DNA of 64,000 bases, taken from assembly GCF_009914755.1 (NCBI RefSeq), contig NC_060940.1; one strand, written 5' to 3'. The notes under the pieces are model-generated. The model was not told the origin of the DNA. It searched no databases and saw nothing but the letters and a program-made list of their open reading frames with translations. Made by a program: the position numbers and the translations under genes. Of the stretch, positions 1 to 13,800 are shown piece after piece. This DNA comes from the human T2T-CHM13v2.0 reference genome, Homo sapiens. How positions within the stretch are numbered: the first letter of the stretch is position 1; the number at the start of each line of letters is the position of its first letter.

Positions 1-1250
1 AGTCTGCTCTGCCTCCCAGGCGGGATCGCTGGTTTCTCTCGACCTCGCAGAGCTCCTGACAAAGGCGGCTTCTGCGTCGTCACTGCTTCCCGGCGCCATT
101 CCGAGGCCGGGCCTTCTTCTGACACGGGCTCCAACCCCACCTGACCAAGCCCGGGACAGTCAAGGCTTCTCAATTTGTATTTTCCAGGCAAGAGAACTTT
201 GTACCCCTTCTCTGTGTGGATAGACTCCCCAGCGTTTTTCCTCTGGAAATGCCCACAGGGCTTGCCGCGTGGAGACTGATCTGTTCCATCCGTTAGCGCG
301 AGGTAGCAGTGTCGCCTCGCCCCTCCCACTGCGGGCTCACGGGGAGCTGGCGTCTGTCAGTGCCTTGTCACGCCTGGCATAGAGGTTGGGCTGGAGGCCT
401 GTCCACTGGCTTCTGGAGCTGAAGGTCTGCGTCACGGTGAAAATTCGGGATGTTTACAGAGCATCACAAATGCCTCTCTCTCGCCGCTCTCTCATTTTCT
501 TTGTATAACTATGCAGCCTTCCCTCTCTTTCTGGGATGTTTGGGACTTCACTCGACCTGCACGGGCTCTGCCCGACATGCCGTGGGAGCTGCTGGGATTC
601 CTTTAGAAACCGCTGCCCGCATGCTTTGAAAACAGACCTTTCTCAGCTGGCTGTGGGGACCTGTCAGAGTCTGGGGACTCGGCGTGCAGGGCGGGCTCCA
701 AGCGCTTTGCTTCCGGAACTCCGGCTTCCCAAGGGGTACTGTGCAGACTGACCACCGGCCTCCCGCCTGCAGGTCAGAGGCTCTGACACTGTCTGGTTTC
801 CAATGCTTCTGGAGACTTCCTGCCTAGGCCTCATCCTCCTCTTTGCCAGTCACCTGATTAACCAATTCTCCAGCATTAGGACTTACCTCCTTCTTTTTGT
901 AAGGTCTCTTGTATGTTGTTAAATGTTTGGCTTAAACAATTTATAAAAGCCTTTCTAGAAGGCAGACTTAGCCCCAGCAGAGCCTGGGAGGAAGGCGGCC
1001 GCTGGGGCTCCTGGGCATCCTCTCTGGGGAGCTGCTGGCCGCTTAGCGTTGTTTGATTTTTGACCTTGACATAGTAGATAGGCTTGTGGTTTTTTTAATT
1101 TAAAGATATTAAGACTTAATTCACTAAAATTTATTCTAAGGGGATATTTATACTTTTATACTTTTTTAGGTATCGTATTTTATCAGCTTACAGTTTAATG
1201 CCTAAGTTTCCCCTGGAAATAGCAAATAAAATTGTGTATTTATGAATGCG
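1..1250 (+). other. KCTD5: 3' UTR end of KCTD5 (terminal exon)
   Basis: No credible CDS here. U-rich 3' region with AATAAA at 1225-1230 followed by a GT-rich element. Identity is inferred from recalled gene order KCTD5-PRSS27-SRRM2-ELOB on 16p13.3. Confidence 0.7.
1225..1230 (+). terminator. Polyadenylation signal AATAAA (KCTD5)
   Basis: AATAAA after a U-rich upstream element, with TTGTGTATTT downstream. Confidence 0.75.
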
Positions 1251-1554
1251 CGTAGTAGCTGTTTATGGTCTTAAGATGCAGGGGAATGCCACCCCGGGTC
1301 GCTCGGACCAAGGTGCTGCCCCTCCAAGCCGCCCAGCCCCACTGGCCGCGGCGGCTCACTCAGGGCTCTGCCTCTGCCTCTCAGTCGATGGCCAGGGCGG
1401 AGCTGGGCCATCCACGGGGTGCCGGCTTGGCCAGGGTCACTGGATCAGAGCTGCACGGCCCATCCCTGCACCCCACTCTGCCTGGACCCCTCACCTACCT
1501 CCAGCAGATAGCATACCCCCATCCCGGGAGACCGGAGACCATGTACAAGGGCCT

Positions 1555-1686
1555 TTTTTTTTCCTTAAGAGACAGGGGTCTTGCTATGTTGCCCAGGCTG
1601 GTCTTGAACTGCTGGGCTCAAGTGATCCTCCTGCCTCAGCCTCCTGAGCAGTTGGGATTACAGGCGTGAGCCATTGCGCGCGGCTC
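1555..1686 (-). mobile_element. Alu monomer (FLAM-like)
   Basis: T-run followed by GAGACAGGGGTCTTGCTATGTTGCCCAGGCTGG...GGGATTACAGGCGTGAGCCA. Confidence 0.85.
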
Positions 1687-2888
1687 AAGTGATGTTTTTT
1701 TGAAAGTCCTGATACCTCAAGTTAGCATCCACCTCTCTTCCCTCACTTTAGCCTGCAGCCTGGGTTGTGACAGCAGGAGCTTCCCGAGAAGGTCCTGGGG
1801 TCCCGGCACCCCCTCGCCAGCTGCTGTGACTCCTCCTGGTGGCTGCTCCACGAAGCCTTGGCTGTTGGACTCCCCGCCCCCCCGCAGGGAGATTCCCATT
1901 CACGGTGTCCCCCAGGGCCTGGCTGTCTGAGGTCACAGAGCCTCAGGCTGTAGTGGCCTTGTCCATCCTGTTTCCAGGTGTGTGGCTGGCCCAGCCTGAC
2001 CCCAGGGCCCTGGTGAGGGGTGGAGTGGGTGACTGGGCTTCTGGGTGCCCAGCATGAGGCCGGCACGGGGCTTGGAGTAGGGGAGAGACCCAGTTTCTGC
2101 TCCAAGGGGTCTTCCCGCTGCCCGACTCCCACCAGGAGCCTGGCTAGGCCTTACAGCCCCTTGACCAGGTAGAGTTGTGGGCACTTGGGAGAAGCCTCAG
2201 CGTGGCAGGCGTCCCCAGCCAAAGCCCGGAGCAGGTTTCCCATCCAAGCAAAAGGCTGTAAAGGAGACAGGCCCTGCAGTTTGGGTCCTGAAGCCGAGGA
2301 TGCTCAGGGCCGCTGGGTCTGCTGGGCAGGGAGGGAGCCCTGTTCCTCCTCAGACCTTGGGCTCCAGCACAGCCCGCCCGCTGTGGGGACTGGGGCCCAG
2401 CCCTGTGGCTCCAGGAAGCCAGCGTGGGGGCAGAAGAGGAGGCAGGGGCGGGGCACATGCAGGTGCCCTGCGTGGGTGCCCGTCCTCCCCAGGCTTCCTG
2501 TAGAGCCCATGACTGGAGCCCTCCAGCGGCTGGCACCACCCTCCTTGACATCCCTGCATTTATTGGTGTCCACTCAGCAGGGACTTCTAGCACCCTCCTT
2601 CCTCCTAAAGCTCGTGGCAGTGGCCGGCTGGGGCGATGAAGAGCTGACCCCACAGTGCAGCCACCAAGGCCCTGACGTGGCATCTGTGTGAGGGACGATG
2701 ACTTCCGGCACCTCTGCACTGAGCCGTGCCCCCCAAGATGGGTCACTTTGCCCTCAGACCACCTCTTCCTCCCCAGTGTTCCCAGGCCTGGGGCTCGGCA
2801 CAGGGAGGCCTGGCCTGTGGCTGACCCCTCACCGCAGTTCTGGCCCGAATGGAGCCCACAGACTTCTTTCCTGGGGCTCCCGCTCCTG

Positions 2889-2891
<3 letters not shown>

Positions 2892-2936
<45 letters not shown>

Positions 2937-3133
2937 CTACTGGCTGTACATGGTGTGGGTGTGGTGTGTGCCTGTGTGCACATGGTGTGTGTGGCATGCA
3001 CATGTGTGCTGTATGTGATGTGTGGCATGTGGTGTGTGCTTGGTATGTGGTGTGTGCCTGTGTGTGGCATGTGACATGCATGTGTTGTGTGTGCCTGTGA
3101 GTGGCATGGGAATGGTGTGTGTATGTGTGCACA
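2892..3133. repeat. (TG)n microsatellite with degenerate TG-rich extension
   Basis: Perfect TG run at ~2892-2934, then an interrupted TG/CATG-rich tract. Confidence 0.95.
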
Positions 3134-4653
3134 TGGGCCAGCTGAGCCTGGGGATGAAGGCTGCCGCCCGCTCTGCCTACCTCCCTGTGAGCCACAGAAT
3201 GTGCGCGGGCCTGTGCCAGGCTCTCCCTCGAGTCCCTCCTGGAGCTGGCAGGGGCCCTGCTGCCGCCCACCTGGCAGATGGCTCAGAGCCCTGCTTGGCA
3301 GCAGCGTGCAAAGTCTGAGCTGCACCCCCGCCCCAGGATGGAAAAGGGACCTGTGGCAACCTGGACTATTCCCTTCCTAACGTCCTTCTCACGGCATGCT
3401 TCGTGGGAGCTGTTAATTGCATGAAATAGCCCTGTTTTCCCTTCTCAACCCCTAGTCTCTGTAGAGAGTGTTTTCTGCTCCTCTCCCACGGGCATCTGCC
3501 TGTTGACATCCTGGGTCTGGGTGGGGTCTCAGCACAAAGACAGCAGGGGCTGCCCTCCCTAGACCATCTAACCTGTAGCCTCCCCTCTGACCACGGGGGC
3601 CTGGGGCTCCTTGCACAGCCCAGAGCAGGGTGCAGGTTCACCCAGGGCTCTCCGAGGCTGGGAGGCCTGGCCAGTCCCTGCTTGGCTAGGACCACCCAGT
3701 GCTGCTCCCTGGGCCTGCCTCTCCCTCCACCTGGGCTTCGTGCATCTGCTCCCCCATGGGGCTGTGCGCACAGGCCCCCCAGACCTGCCCACCCACCCCT
3801 GGGCTGGAGGAGTGCAAGAAATGGCCCACGGGGGCCACTGGGCAGCCGTTGGGGAGATGGGTCGGGCCCAGCGGGGAATTCCTTCTGTTTTGCTCCCCAC
3901 GGTGTCCCCAGCAGCTGCTTGCTGAGTGGGTGTTGGTTTGATTCCTTGGTGGACACTCAGGGCCTGATTTCTTCCTGCCGCTGTACAGGCCACGGTGCCT
4001 GTGTGTGTGTGCACGGGTGCGTGTGGGTGTGATGTGCATGTCCAGCCTAATCCCCTTGCCACCACGCACTGCTCTGGACTCCTGCATGGGGGTGGAGACT
4101 GAGGGATGGGGCGGAGGAAGAGGAGCCAAGGGTCAAGGGGAGACGCCGGGGCACAGGGAGACGAAGGGTGCCAGGAGCAGTGGAGCAGGAAAGCACAGGT
4201 GTGGGCACCCACTCCTGCCGAAGTGGTTTAGAAAAGTTGGGTGGCCCCGAGACACGGGCAGCCGGAAGTGCAGGCTTGGGAGGCTGAGGTGCCCCCGCCC
4301 AGCCAGTCCCTCCATGCCCTCCTCTCGCCCCGGCACAGCTCCTGCATGGCCCTGAGGCTCTTTCCACCTGTGTCCGTCGCTGTCCCCAGTGCCAACCCTG
4401 GGGCGGCCTTTAAGGTGAGAGAACAGAGGCACAGGTGGCAGCAGGTGGCCTCCTGTGCGGGGCCCGTGACAGGGGTCCCATACTCTGGTGCTGTCCTCGC
4501 CTCGGGCACCAGCTGCAGCTCCCTTCTGCTGATTCAGAGATGACCAGAGCACTCCGCATCTCCCACCTGGGCTTCATCCTGCAACTCACAGCTCCTCACC
4601 CGCCGGGGTCCCCCAAGGATCCCCACGTGGGCAGCTGGCACACAGGCTGGGTT

Positions 4654-4659
4654 TTTATT
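4654..4659 (-). terminator. PRSS27: Polyadenylation signal AATAAA of PRSS27
   Basis: TTTATT on the + strand, ~175 nt past the PRSS27 stop codon. Confidence 0.85.
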
Positions 4660-4833
4660 GGGAGAAACATAAATAAAATAAGGGTATTTGAGAGGGGAGG
4701 AAGGAGCGCTATTTACAAATGAGTCTGGTGGGGCTCACAGGTGCAACAGCAGCGCTGGGAGGACCAGCAGGATGGTGTGGGCGGGCAGGCTGGGTGCAGA
4801 GCTCTGCTCAAGGGGCTCCTGGCCCCGGGGGTC

Positions 4834-5028
4834 TCACTTCTGGCCGCCCAACCTCGCTGGCTGGAACTGCAGTTTGGGGATGATCCGATGGATCCAGTTG
4901 TGGTGGGCGGTGACACGGATGTAGACACCTGGGCGGTTCTGGCGGGCACAGCCCTCACCCCAGCTGATCACCCCCGCCTGCAGCCACGACTGACCCACGA
5001 GGCACACCAGGGGGCCGCCCGAGTCGCC
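4834..5028 (-). CDS. PRSS27: PRSS27 (marapsin/pancreasin) exon 6: GDSGGP catalytic Ser to stop
   Basis: Acceptor CCCCCGCAG|GGC GAC TCG; translates GDSGGPLVC...[15 protein letters not shown]...GGQK*. Confidence 0.97.
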   Translation of the reverse strand, partial: GDSGGPLVCLVGQSWLQAGVISWGEGCARQNRPGVYIRVTAHHNWIHRIIPKLQFQPARLGGQK

Positions 5029-5237
5029 CTGCGGGGGACGCAGAGTCACCGTCAGAGCCCACCTTGAGTTCCCAGAGACTCAGTTGCAGCCGCACAGGAG
5101 GTGTGTAGCTCCGCAATGGATTCCTTCTCTCCATCCCAGAGCCTCTCTGCCCGGCTCCCCATCCCCTGCCAGTCCGATTGTCTAAAGTGCCTATTCTTTA
5201 GTGTCCCCAGATCAACTAGGGTGTGTGTGTGTGTTGA

Positions 5238-5612
<375 letters not shown>

Positions 5613-5742
5613 TGGAATCTGCCTTTTCAAAACAAGCTGCTCAGCTGGTTGAATGCATAGCCCATGGAGCGGGGCATGATCCCACCCTGCCCTGGGCCTG
5701 GCGGTGGGGACTGAGTCCCCATGGACACCACATTGCTCCCAC

Positions 5743-5912
5743 CTTGCAGGCATCCTTCTTGCCCTCCTCGAAGCCGGCGCACAGCATGTCATTCTTGATG
5801 GTTTTGGGTTGGTAGCCAAACTCGGTGTCTTTGCTGTAGAGCAGGTTGCACTTGGGTGTGTCGATGATGGGCACAGCGAGTTTCTGCAGGATCCGCGGTT
5901 CGGGCAGGAGGT
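5743..5912 (-). CDS. PRSS27: PRSS27 exon 5 (170 nt)
   Basis: CTCTCCAG|...AAG|GTGGGA; [17 protein letters not shown]...[15 protein letters not shown], including the S1-pocket Asp. Confidence 0.97.
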
Positions 5913-6278
5913 CTGGAGAGGGGCGGAACAGCCCAGGGCTCAACGGACTTCCTCATCAAGAACCCACGGCCCCGGGAACCACCACTCCATCCTGCCTGTC
6001 GTTTCCTCATGTTTAGACCATCTCTGGCTTAGGGCACTGTGGGGCAGACATCCTCCCTCCTTCCAGGCAGCAGGCTGGGCCCTTTCTGTCCCCCTCTCCC
6101 TTCACCCCCTCTTCCTTCTGGGTCTGCTGCTGCTCCCCTCGGCCCCACCTGTGTGAACAGAGACCGTGTGTATGTATTAATATAGCAACAGGAAGATTGT
6201 GGGTTCAGAGTGGTCCCCAAGCCGTCCTGGGCCTTCTTGAGGCATATCCCCCATTCTTTCCCAGCCCTGTCCCCTTAC

Positions 6279-6550
6279 CTTCCTCACTGGGGCTGCCCCA
6301 GCCAGTGACCCAGCAGTTCATGCCCGTCTCAAAGATCACCGAGGGGTCAGGCAGGCACACGGGGAGGATGTAATTGGTGAAGGGCACTGGTGCCTCCAGC
6401 TCCACCAGGGCCACGTCAGCGCTGGAGGCCGTGCCCTGGTACAGGGGGTTGCTCTCCACCTGCCTCACCCGGGCATACATAGCGTGTGGTCCCGGCTGCA
6501 CTAGCTGCCTTGCCCCCAGCAGGACCTGGTACAGGGACGTCTCAGAGGTG
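6279..6550 (-). CDS. PRSS27: PRSS27 exon 4 (272 nt) with catalytic Asp (DVAL)
   Basis: CCCGCCAG|...G|GTAAGG; TSETSLYQVLLG...ADVALVEL...PVCLP...CWVTGWG. Confidence 0.97.
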
Positions 6551-6956
6551 CTGGCGGGAGAAACAGAGAGGCGGCGTGAGGCGGCCCCTCGTGTGGGGAC
6601 AGGCCCGGGAGGGGCTGGGGCTCCTCTGGCCACCACCGTGCCCCACACCTCTCTCTGCACAATGTCTTCGAGAGTCATCTCTAGGACAGCCAGGTGCAGC
6701 GGTGATGCGTGTTGACATTGAAGCCAGACCGCCCGACTCAGATTTCCACCTCCACCCCTGGCCGCTGTGTGGCCTTGGGCAAGTCACTTAACAAGTTCTC
6801 TGTGATGCAGCTTTCTCACCTGTGCTGTGGGGACAGTCACAGTGCCTACCTGAAAGGCTGGCTCGGAGAGAACCACCCTCCAGGTGCAGCAGGGCCAGCC
6901 CCACCTGCGGGCCTCTGGCAGGTGACCTGCCCTCTCTCAGCCCGAGTTTCCGATTT

Positions 6957-7279
6957 TTTTTTTCCCCTAGAGACAGAGTTCTCATTCTGTCACCCAGGCT
7001 GGAGTGCAGCAGTGCAACTGTAGCTCACTGCAGCCTCCAACTCCTGGGCTCAAGCCATCCTCTCGCCTCAGCTTCCTGAGTACTTGGGACCACAGGCACC
7101 ACTGCACCTGGGGTTTTTTTGTTTGTTTGTTTTTTGTTTTTTAATTTTTTTTTATTTTTAGTAGAGACAGGGTCTTGCTGTGTTGCCCGGGCTGGTCTTG
7201 AACTCCTGGGCTCAACTGATCTGCCCGCCTTGGCCTCCCAAAGTGCTGGGATTACGGGTGTGAGCCACCGTGCCTGGCC
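6957..7279 (-). mobile_element. AluJ-like element in PRSS27 intron 3
   Basis: Diverged dimeric Alu with an expanded T-rich linker. Confidence 0.88.
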
Positions 7280-7930
7280 GTGAGTATCTGAATTTAAGAT
7301 GTGGGGTTTTTTTTGTCATGATATTCTTTTAAAGATCAAGAAGAAAAAAAAGAAAAAGATGTGGGGTTTAAAATAATTAGAGCTGCGGTGTTGAGGTGTG
7401 AGGTGAGGGGGCCTGGGACACCCGGAAGGTGTGGGACCAGGTGGTTCATACATGGCAGAGGGCTGGGTGGCCTGGCCTCTGCTCAGGGCTTTCTGGGGTG
7501 GTTCAGGTGGGTGAGGGGAGGAAGGGCCGTTCTGTCTGGTCCTTGGGCTTTGTGAGCAGAGTTCCTCCCGGGAAGAGTGTCCTGGAGCTGAGGTGTGTGC
7601 GGGATGGGGAAAGGCCAGGAGGGGCCGGTGGGCAGAGCCTGCCGGGCCGCTTCTGCAGGGACCCACAGGGAGTGGGTGAGTGGGTGGAGGGGATGGAGGG
7701 GGTCGGGGGGCGGTGCGAGGCACCTCCCGCGGGCGGGAGCAGCGGTTGCAACTGGAAGTTAGCCCTGGAGTTGGACCTAAGGGAAGCATCTGGGTGGGAG
7801 GGGCTGGACCAGGAGCCCCCAGGGAGGTCACCCGCAGGATTTGGCGCGGCGGGCGCTGTCCACGGTGCTGAACCGGTCGCGCGCGGGGCGCTGTCAGCGC
7901 TATGGGCGGGGGCAGGGGCGGGCGGACTCA

Positions 7931-8125
<195 letters not shown>

Positions 8126-8713
8126 TCACTGGGGCTGGTTCCATGGCCGAGGCCCAGCTCTCAGCCTCACACTCCAGTCCTCGGCCCTCCTGCCCCTGAC
8201 CTGCCCGAAGACCTTGGGGAAGTCGGAGGCCTGGGCTTCGGGGCAGTCTGGGATACAGGCAGACCCTCCCCAGCTGCCCCCCAAAGTCTCACTCTCCTCG
8301 CCGAGAAAGGCAACCTAACACCTGCCTCTTGGGGGCCACGGAGGCACTGAGATAACCCAGGGAAGGGTCTTGTCCCAGGGCCTGACCCAAACAGGTGCCT
8401 GGAAGGATAGAACAGGTGTCAAGCCCTCTGCAAGGGAGCCACCCAGAGGGGGCCAGTCACGGTTCAGGGTGATCCTCAGACCCTGCCGCCCTCATCCTGC
8501 ACCGCGCCTCAAGGCTCTGTGCTGCCCGTCCTGCTCTTGTGTGGACCTTCCTCCTCCTCTCCTTTCTGGGCTCCAGTTCCACACAGCCCCCACTTTCCCC
8601 TCCTCTGGAATTCCCCAGTGTCCTGTGCGTTCCAAATTCCCTCTGGCCATGAGTGTCCCTGGCTCAGTCCAGCCGGCTCCTGTCCCTCCCACCCCAGGGC
8701 CCTGGGTGCTTAC

Positions 8714-8740
8714 CTGTTGCTGCCTTGGCCCTCTGAGACC
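8714..8740 (-). CDS. PRSS27: PRSS27 exon 2 (27-nt micro-exon)
   Basis: CACTTCCAG|GG TCT CAG AGG GCC AAG GCA GCA ACA G|GTAAGC; phase 1-1, keeps frame between exons 1 and 3. Confidence 0.93.
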
Positions 8741-10219
8741 CTGGAAGTGAGGAGAGGGTGATCAGCCAGGCCAGCTGCAGCCTGGCCTGCCCTCCCCAAC
8801 CCTGCAGCCCCTCTCCACTGACCCTCCCCAGCTCCTGAGGACTCCAGAGGGACAGTCCACAGAGGGACCTCACCGGAGAGCCCAAGGGCCTGCAGTTTCC
8901 CCCCCAGGGCTGGCTCTGCCGTATGCTCAGGCCCAGGCCCATGGGCCACAGCTTATCTGCAAGGGTGGATGCTCCTTGCCACATGGGGAGCCGGTCAGGA
9001 GATGCCAGTGAAGGGATCCCCAGGCTAGATGTCCCCTTCTCATCCTGGAAAGGGTCCTCTCCCTCCACACTCCACACCCATCCTTGTCTGGAAGTTTCTG
9101 GGGAGGGTCCAGCCTCCAGCCCTGGCACTGTAAGGTTGGCCTTTCCTCCCGGAACAGCTCAGAGCGGAAGAGGCCCGGGAGCTGTCTCTACATTTGAGCT
9201 GCCCAGGGCTCTCTCACAGTCTGCTCCGGAATGAGCTCCTTCCCCAAGTCTCACTTTGGTCCCGAGGCTGAGGCCCGAGCCCCACAGGCTTCTCCCTGGC
9301 CTCAGGGGAGTAGAGAAGGTACAGTGGTCTGCATTGGCCACCAGGGATCAGCCTTCTCAAGATTCCAGAGTCCCAAGAGCTGACCCCTCTCCCAGGCATG
9401 CAGCAGGCTTGGCAGACGAGGCCCAGGACCCCCTGCTGGGCTGTGCAAGGGGGCTTTGGAGCGGATAAAGTGAGGGGCCCGGAAGAGAAGCAAGATATGG
9501 GGTCGTTCGGGGGAACCAAGGATGGGAACATATTTTCTGCTGTCCATTGCCTCCCACACCCCAGGACACAAAGGGCCTCTTGCTGGGCCTTTAACCAAAC
9601 ACTGGAGCCTCTACCCCAGCTTGGAGACCCCAGCCAGGACCATAGTGTACAGCCCCAGGGTAGCAAAGCCTGGAACTTCCTGGCCTTGAGAGAGTCCTCT
9701 CACCACCCCTGCACTCCACGCGTCTGATTCTGTGGGGGCAAGATTCGCCCGTAGCTGGGGAGGGGTTAGAACAGCCACCTCCCCACACCTAGGCCCTCAG
9801 CTTCCCCTTAACCCCCAGTGCCTTCCGGTGCCCGGGCCAGCTGCTATGGACCATGTCTTCACTCTGCCCGGAAAAGATAACCAGTCCCCTGGAGTTGAGG
9901 GGCTGTGGGGACAGGAAGTGGCCATGGAGGGCCCAAGCACCCCCAGGGTTTTTACGGCATCCTCTTCCTTTCTGTCTGCCTCACAGTCTGGGGGGCACCC
10001 TCCCCAACACCACTGGTGGGCAGAGACACCCCGGGGGTTGCTGGACGATAAGGCAGCGGGCGGCGAGGGGGCAGCTGTGGATGGGCAGGAGGAGGAGGTG
10101 GAGAAGGTGCAGGGCAGGCAAAGGGGTGCCCTGCAGAAGCGGGGTCAGGGGCAACGGGAAATGGAGAGTCTGCCCTGGATGCTCTGCTCATTAATTTGTG
10201 CTAATTAAGTGCCCTTTAA

Positions 10220-11002
<783 letters not shown>

Positions 11003-12328
11003 TAGCCCAGGAGCTCCGAGAAGGCAAGGGCTGCATCTGGGGGGCCTGATCTCAGGGAATGTGTGGATGGACACAAGTGTGGCTGTGGGGGCTGATGGGA
11101 AATGGGGGATGTGGACAGCTGAGCCCTTCAGGGTGGGCGCCCTGTGGGGGCTGGAAGCAACAGCCAGGGGTGCCGGGGGTGTCAGGAGCATTGTTTGGGG
11201 CCTGGGCCTGTGATTCGCTGGTAGCTGGTGGGGATGGTGAAGCTTAGTGGGTACCACCAGCCAGAGACCTGGTGGGAGTGCCACCCTCGGGCTGGGAGTG
11301 AGGACGTGTCCAGGAGTCCAGCCTCTGGTCACAGCTGTTAGTGAACCGACTGCAAAACTCATTGCCAAAGAGTTTTGGCAATGACCTTGGTTCCTCACCC
11401 CGCTCAGGGGCAGTCACAGCCTTCCACCTCCTGTGCACATGGCTTGCTCAGAGGGCACCATCCTTGTGCTGGGAGACTGGGGGCATGGGGTGGGGGAGGC
11501 CGGGCCACTGAGGGGCCACTGGTGCCCTCCCACCCAGGAGAACAAGGAAGCCTGGAGTACTGGCTAAGCTGCAGCCTGGGATGACCTGACCCAGCCCTGG
11601 GAGGTGACTTGAGGACAGGGAAGTGTGGTGGCTGCCAGACTGGCTAGGCTAGCCCAGGAATGTGAGAGGTTTTCCCTGACAGAGAGTGTCCCGGCCCGCA
11701 GGGAGGGGCCTGGCAGGTGGGGCCCCCTGGCTGGCACCTGCTGTCCCTGACCCAGGACTGGGAGAGGGCACGGTGGCGCATCACCGGTTCCTCTGTCAGC
11801 AGGAGACAGGGCCCTCTGCCACCTACACCCCCTGCCCCCAGCTCTCTACTGAGCCTGCAGCCAGCCTGCTGGGGCTTCCGGGCACAGGCAGCAGCCCTCG
11901 GCTCGGCCACCCTCCCACCCCGAGTATGATGGTCCAGGCACTTGGAGCCTGAGTTCACATCCTGCACGTAGGAGGCCCCTGTCCTCACCTAGAGAATGGG
12001 GGGAGAGGCCGAGGTGGCAGGAAGCAGGGAGCCTGGCCAGAGCTGGCACACCAGTGCCCGCGGAGAGGCATGGGAGGAGGTGCTGCCCAGTTATGCCGGT
12101 GGGGTCCTCTGGGGCCTGTGCGCACACCTCCCACCCTGCCTCCCCACTTTGGACTCCCCACTTGGCACATCTGGAGCCTTCCCACCTGCTCAGGGGCAGG
12201 AGGGATGATGGCCTGTCCCACAGCCCCAGCCTGTCCCAGGGAGTAGGGGGCTGAGCCGGAGCCCCAGGCAGTGCAGCGGAGCCTGGTGGGGGACTGCACC
12301 ACCAGGACCCTGCACCTTCACGACTCAC

Positions 12329-12374
12329 CAAAACACAGCAGCAGCAGGAGCGGCACCGCCGCCGGCCGCCTCAT
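12329..12374 (-). CDS. PRSS27: PRSS27 exon 1 coding part (signal peptide MRRPAAVPLLLLLCFG)
   Basis: ATG at 12374, hydrophobic signal peptide, donor G|GTGAGT. Exon sum 46+27+163+272+170+195 = 873 nt = 290 aa plus stop. Confidence 0.95.
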
Positions 12375-12463
12375 GTCCTCAGGCCTGGCTGGGGCGCAGG
12401 GCCGTGGTCGGCGGTGGCAGAAGCGTTGGAGCACGAGCGAGGTGCAGGCTCCATGAAGTGGAG

Positions 12464-12470
12464 TTTTATG
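12464..12470 (-). promoter_or_regulatory. TATA-like box CATAAAA of PRSS27
   Basis: CATAAAA on the - strand, 90 nt upstream of the ATG, with GC-rich elements further upstream. Confidence 0.55.
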
Positions 12471-12726
12471 CTGGAGATGAGCACAGGCCCGGCTATGCGG
12501 CCCAACCCGTCGGCCCGGCCTGCCCAGCTCCTCTCCTCAGGAAGGAAGCGCCCAGAGCCGACTCCTCCGTGACCTAGCCCTGAACCCCGAGACCCCAGGG
12601 CAGACCCCTCACCCCAGCGCAGCACGGGGTGCCGTTGGCCTCGGTTCCTGGACCCTGAGCTGACCCAGACCCCCCAGCAGACCCCGAGCTGACCGCGGTG
12701 CACGCGAAGTCCGTCCAGCTTCATTC

Positions 12727-13031
12727 ATTATTATTATTATTATTTTTTTTAATTTTTTGAGACAGAGTCTCGCTCTGTCGCCCAGGCTGGAGCGCAATCT
12801 CGGCTCACTGCAAGCTCCGTCTCCCAGGTTCAAGCCATTCTCCTGCCTCAGCCTCCTGAGTAGCTGGGATTACAGGCAGGTGCCACCACGCCCGGCTAAT
12901 TTTTTGTATTTTTAGTAGAGACGGGGTTTAACCGTGTTGGCCAGGCTAGTCTCGATCTCCTGACCTCGTGATCCGCCCTCCTCGGCCTCCCAAAGCGCTG
13001 GGATTACAGGGGTGAGCCACCGCGCCCGGCC
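12727..13031 (-). mobile_element. AluS with (ATT)n tail inserted in an L2-like 3' end
   Basis: Full Alu flanked by TCATTCA; right flank TATTTTATTGAGCGCC resembles the L2 terminus. Confidence 0.88.
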
Positions 13032-13049
13032 TCATTCAGTATTTTATTG

Positions 13050-13800
13050 AGCGCCGATGGAACACAGTGGGGCTGGGCCGCGCTGGTGGGAAAGTCAAGG
13101 CCAGGGGTGTTTGCGGGGCCGAGGGCAGGGGAGGCGATGGGACATGGGGCGGGGTCCGGAGTTGGCCGCAGCGACCCTCCTCCCGGGACAGCAGGCCCCA
13201 GAAGTTCCTCAGGCGCGCGCCAGCGCGGCCCAGGCGGCCGACCCGGGCCCCGGCTGCCATCCCTTGGAAGGGGCGGGGGCTTCCTGGCACCAGGCGGGGC
13301 GGAAGCGGCTCCGGGAAGGCCGGGCCGGGGTTACCGTTTCGGTGTCCCCGCCTGGCTCTGGGCGCGGCGCCGCGGCGGAAGAGGCTCGGGGAGGAAGTTA
13401 TTTGGGGCACGGCGCTGACGTCAGAGACAGAGTGGGGCCGGGCCGTGGGGTCGGGGGCGCCGGACCTGTTTCCCCGCCGGCGCCGGGGGTCGGTACTCGC
13501 GGGCGGGGCGGGGCCGGGCGGCTCCGGGCGGGGCTGGGGGTGCGGCCGTTCCCGCCTCAGCCTTGTCCGCGCGCGTCGTGGTGCTGCCCTCTGGTGGGCG
13601 CGGGGCGCGGCGCGGGCGGCCAGGGGTGCAGAAGGGGCGCTCCCAGCCTCATGGTCCGGGCTCCGGCTCCCCGCATCGCCCTCCCTAGCCCCGCCCTCCC
13701 GCGTCTCCGCCTCCGCCTCCACCGCCTCCTCCCACCCTTCCCTCCCCGTCCAGTCCCTGGAGTTCCCGGGTCGGGGGTGGGAGGCGGGCTGGGCAGCCCC
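13050..13800. promoter_or_regulatory. CpG island upstream of PRSS27 with full CRE, GC boxes and ETS cores
   Basis: Very high GC and CpG density; TGACGTCA at 13416-13423; GGGCGGGGCGGGG at ~13501; several CGGAAG. Confidence 0.85.

Noticed and set aside
2144-3325. 393-aa minus-strand ORF and overlapping ORFs
   Set aside because: They run through the (CA)n/TG-rich repeat (HTHTHT) in GC-rich, stop-poor DNA, with no domain or splice support.
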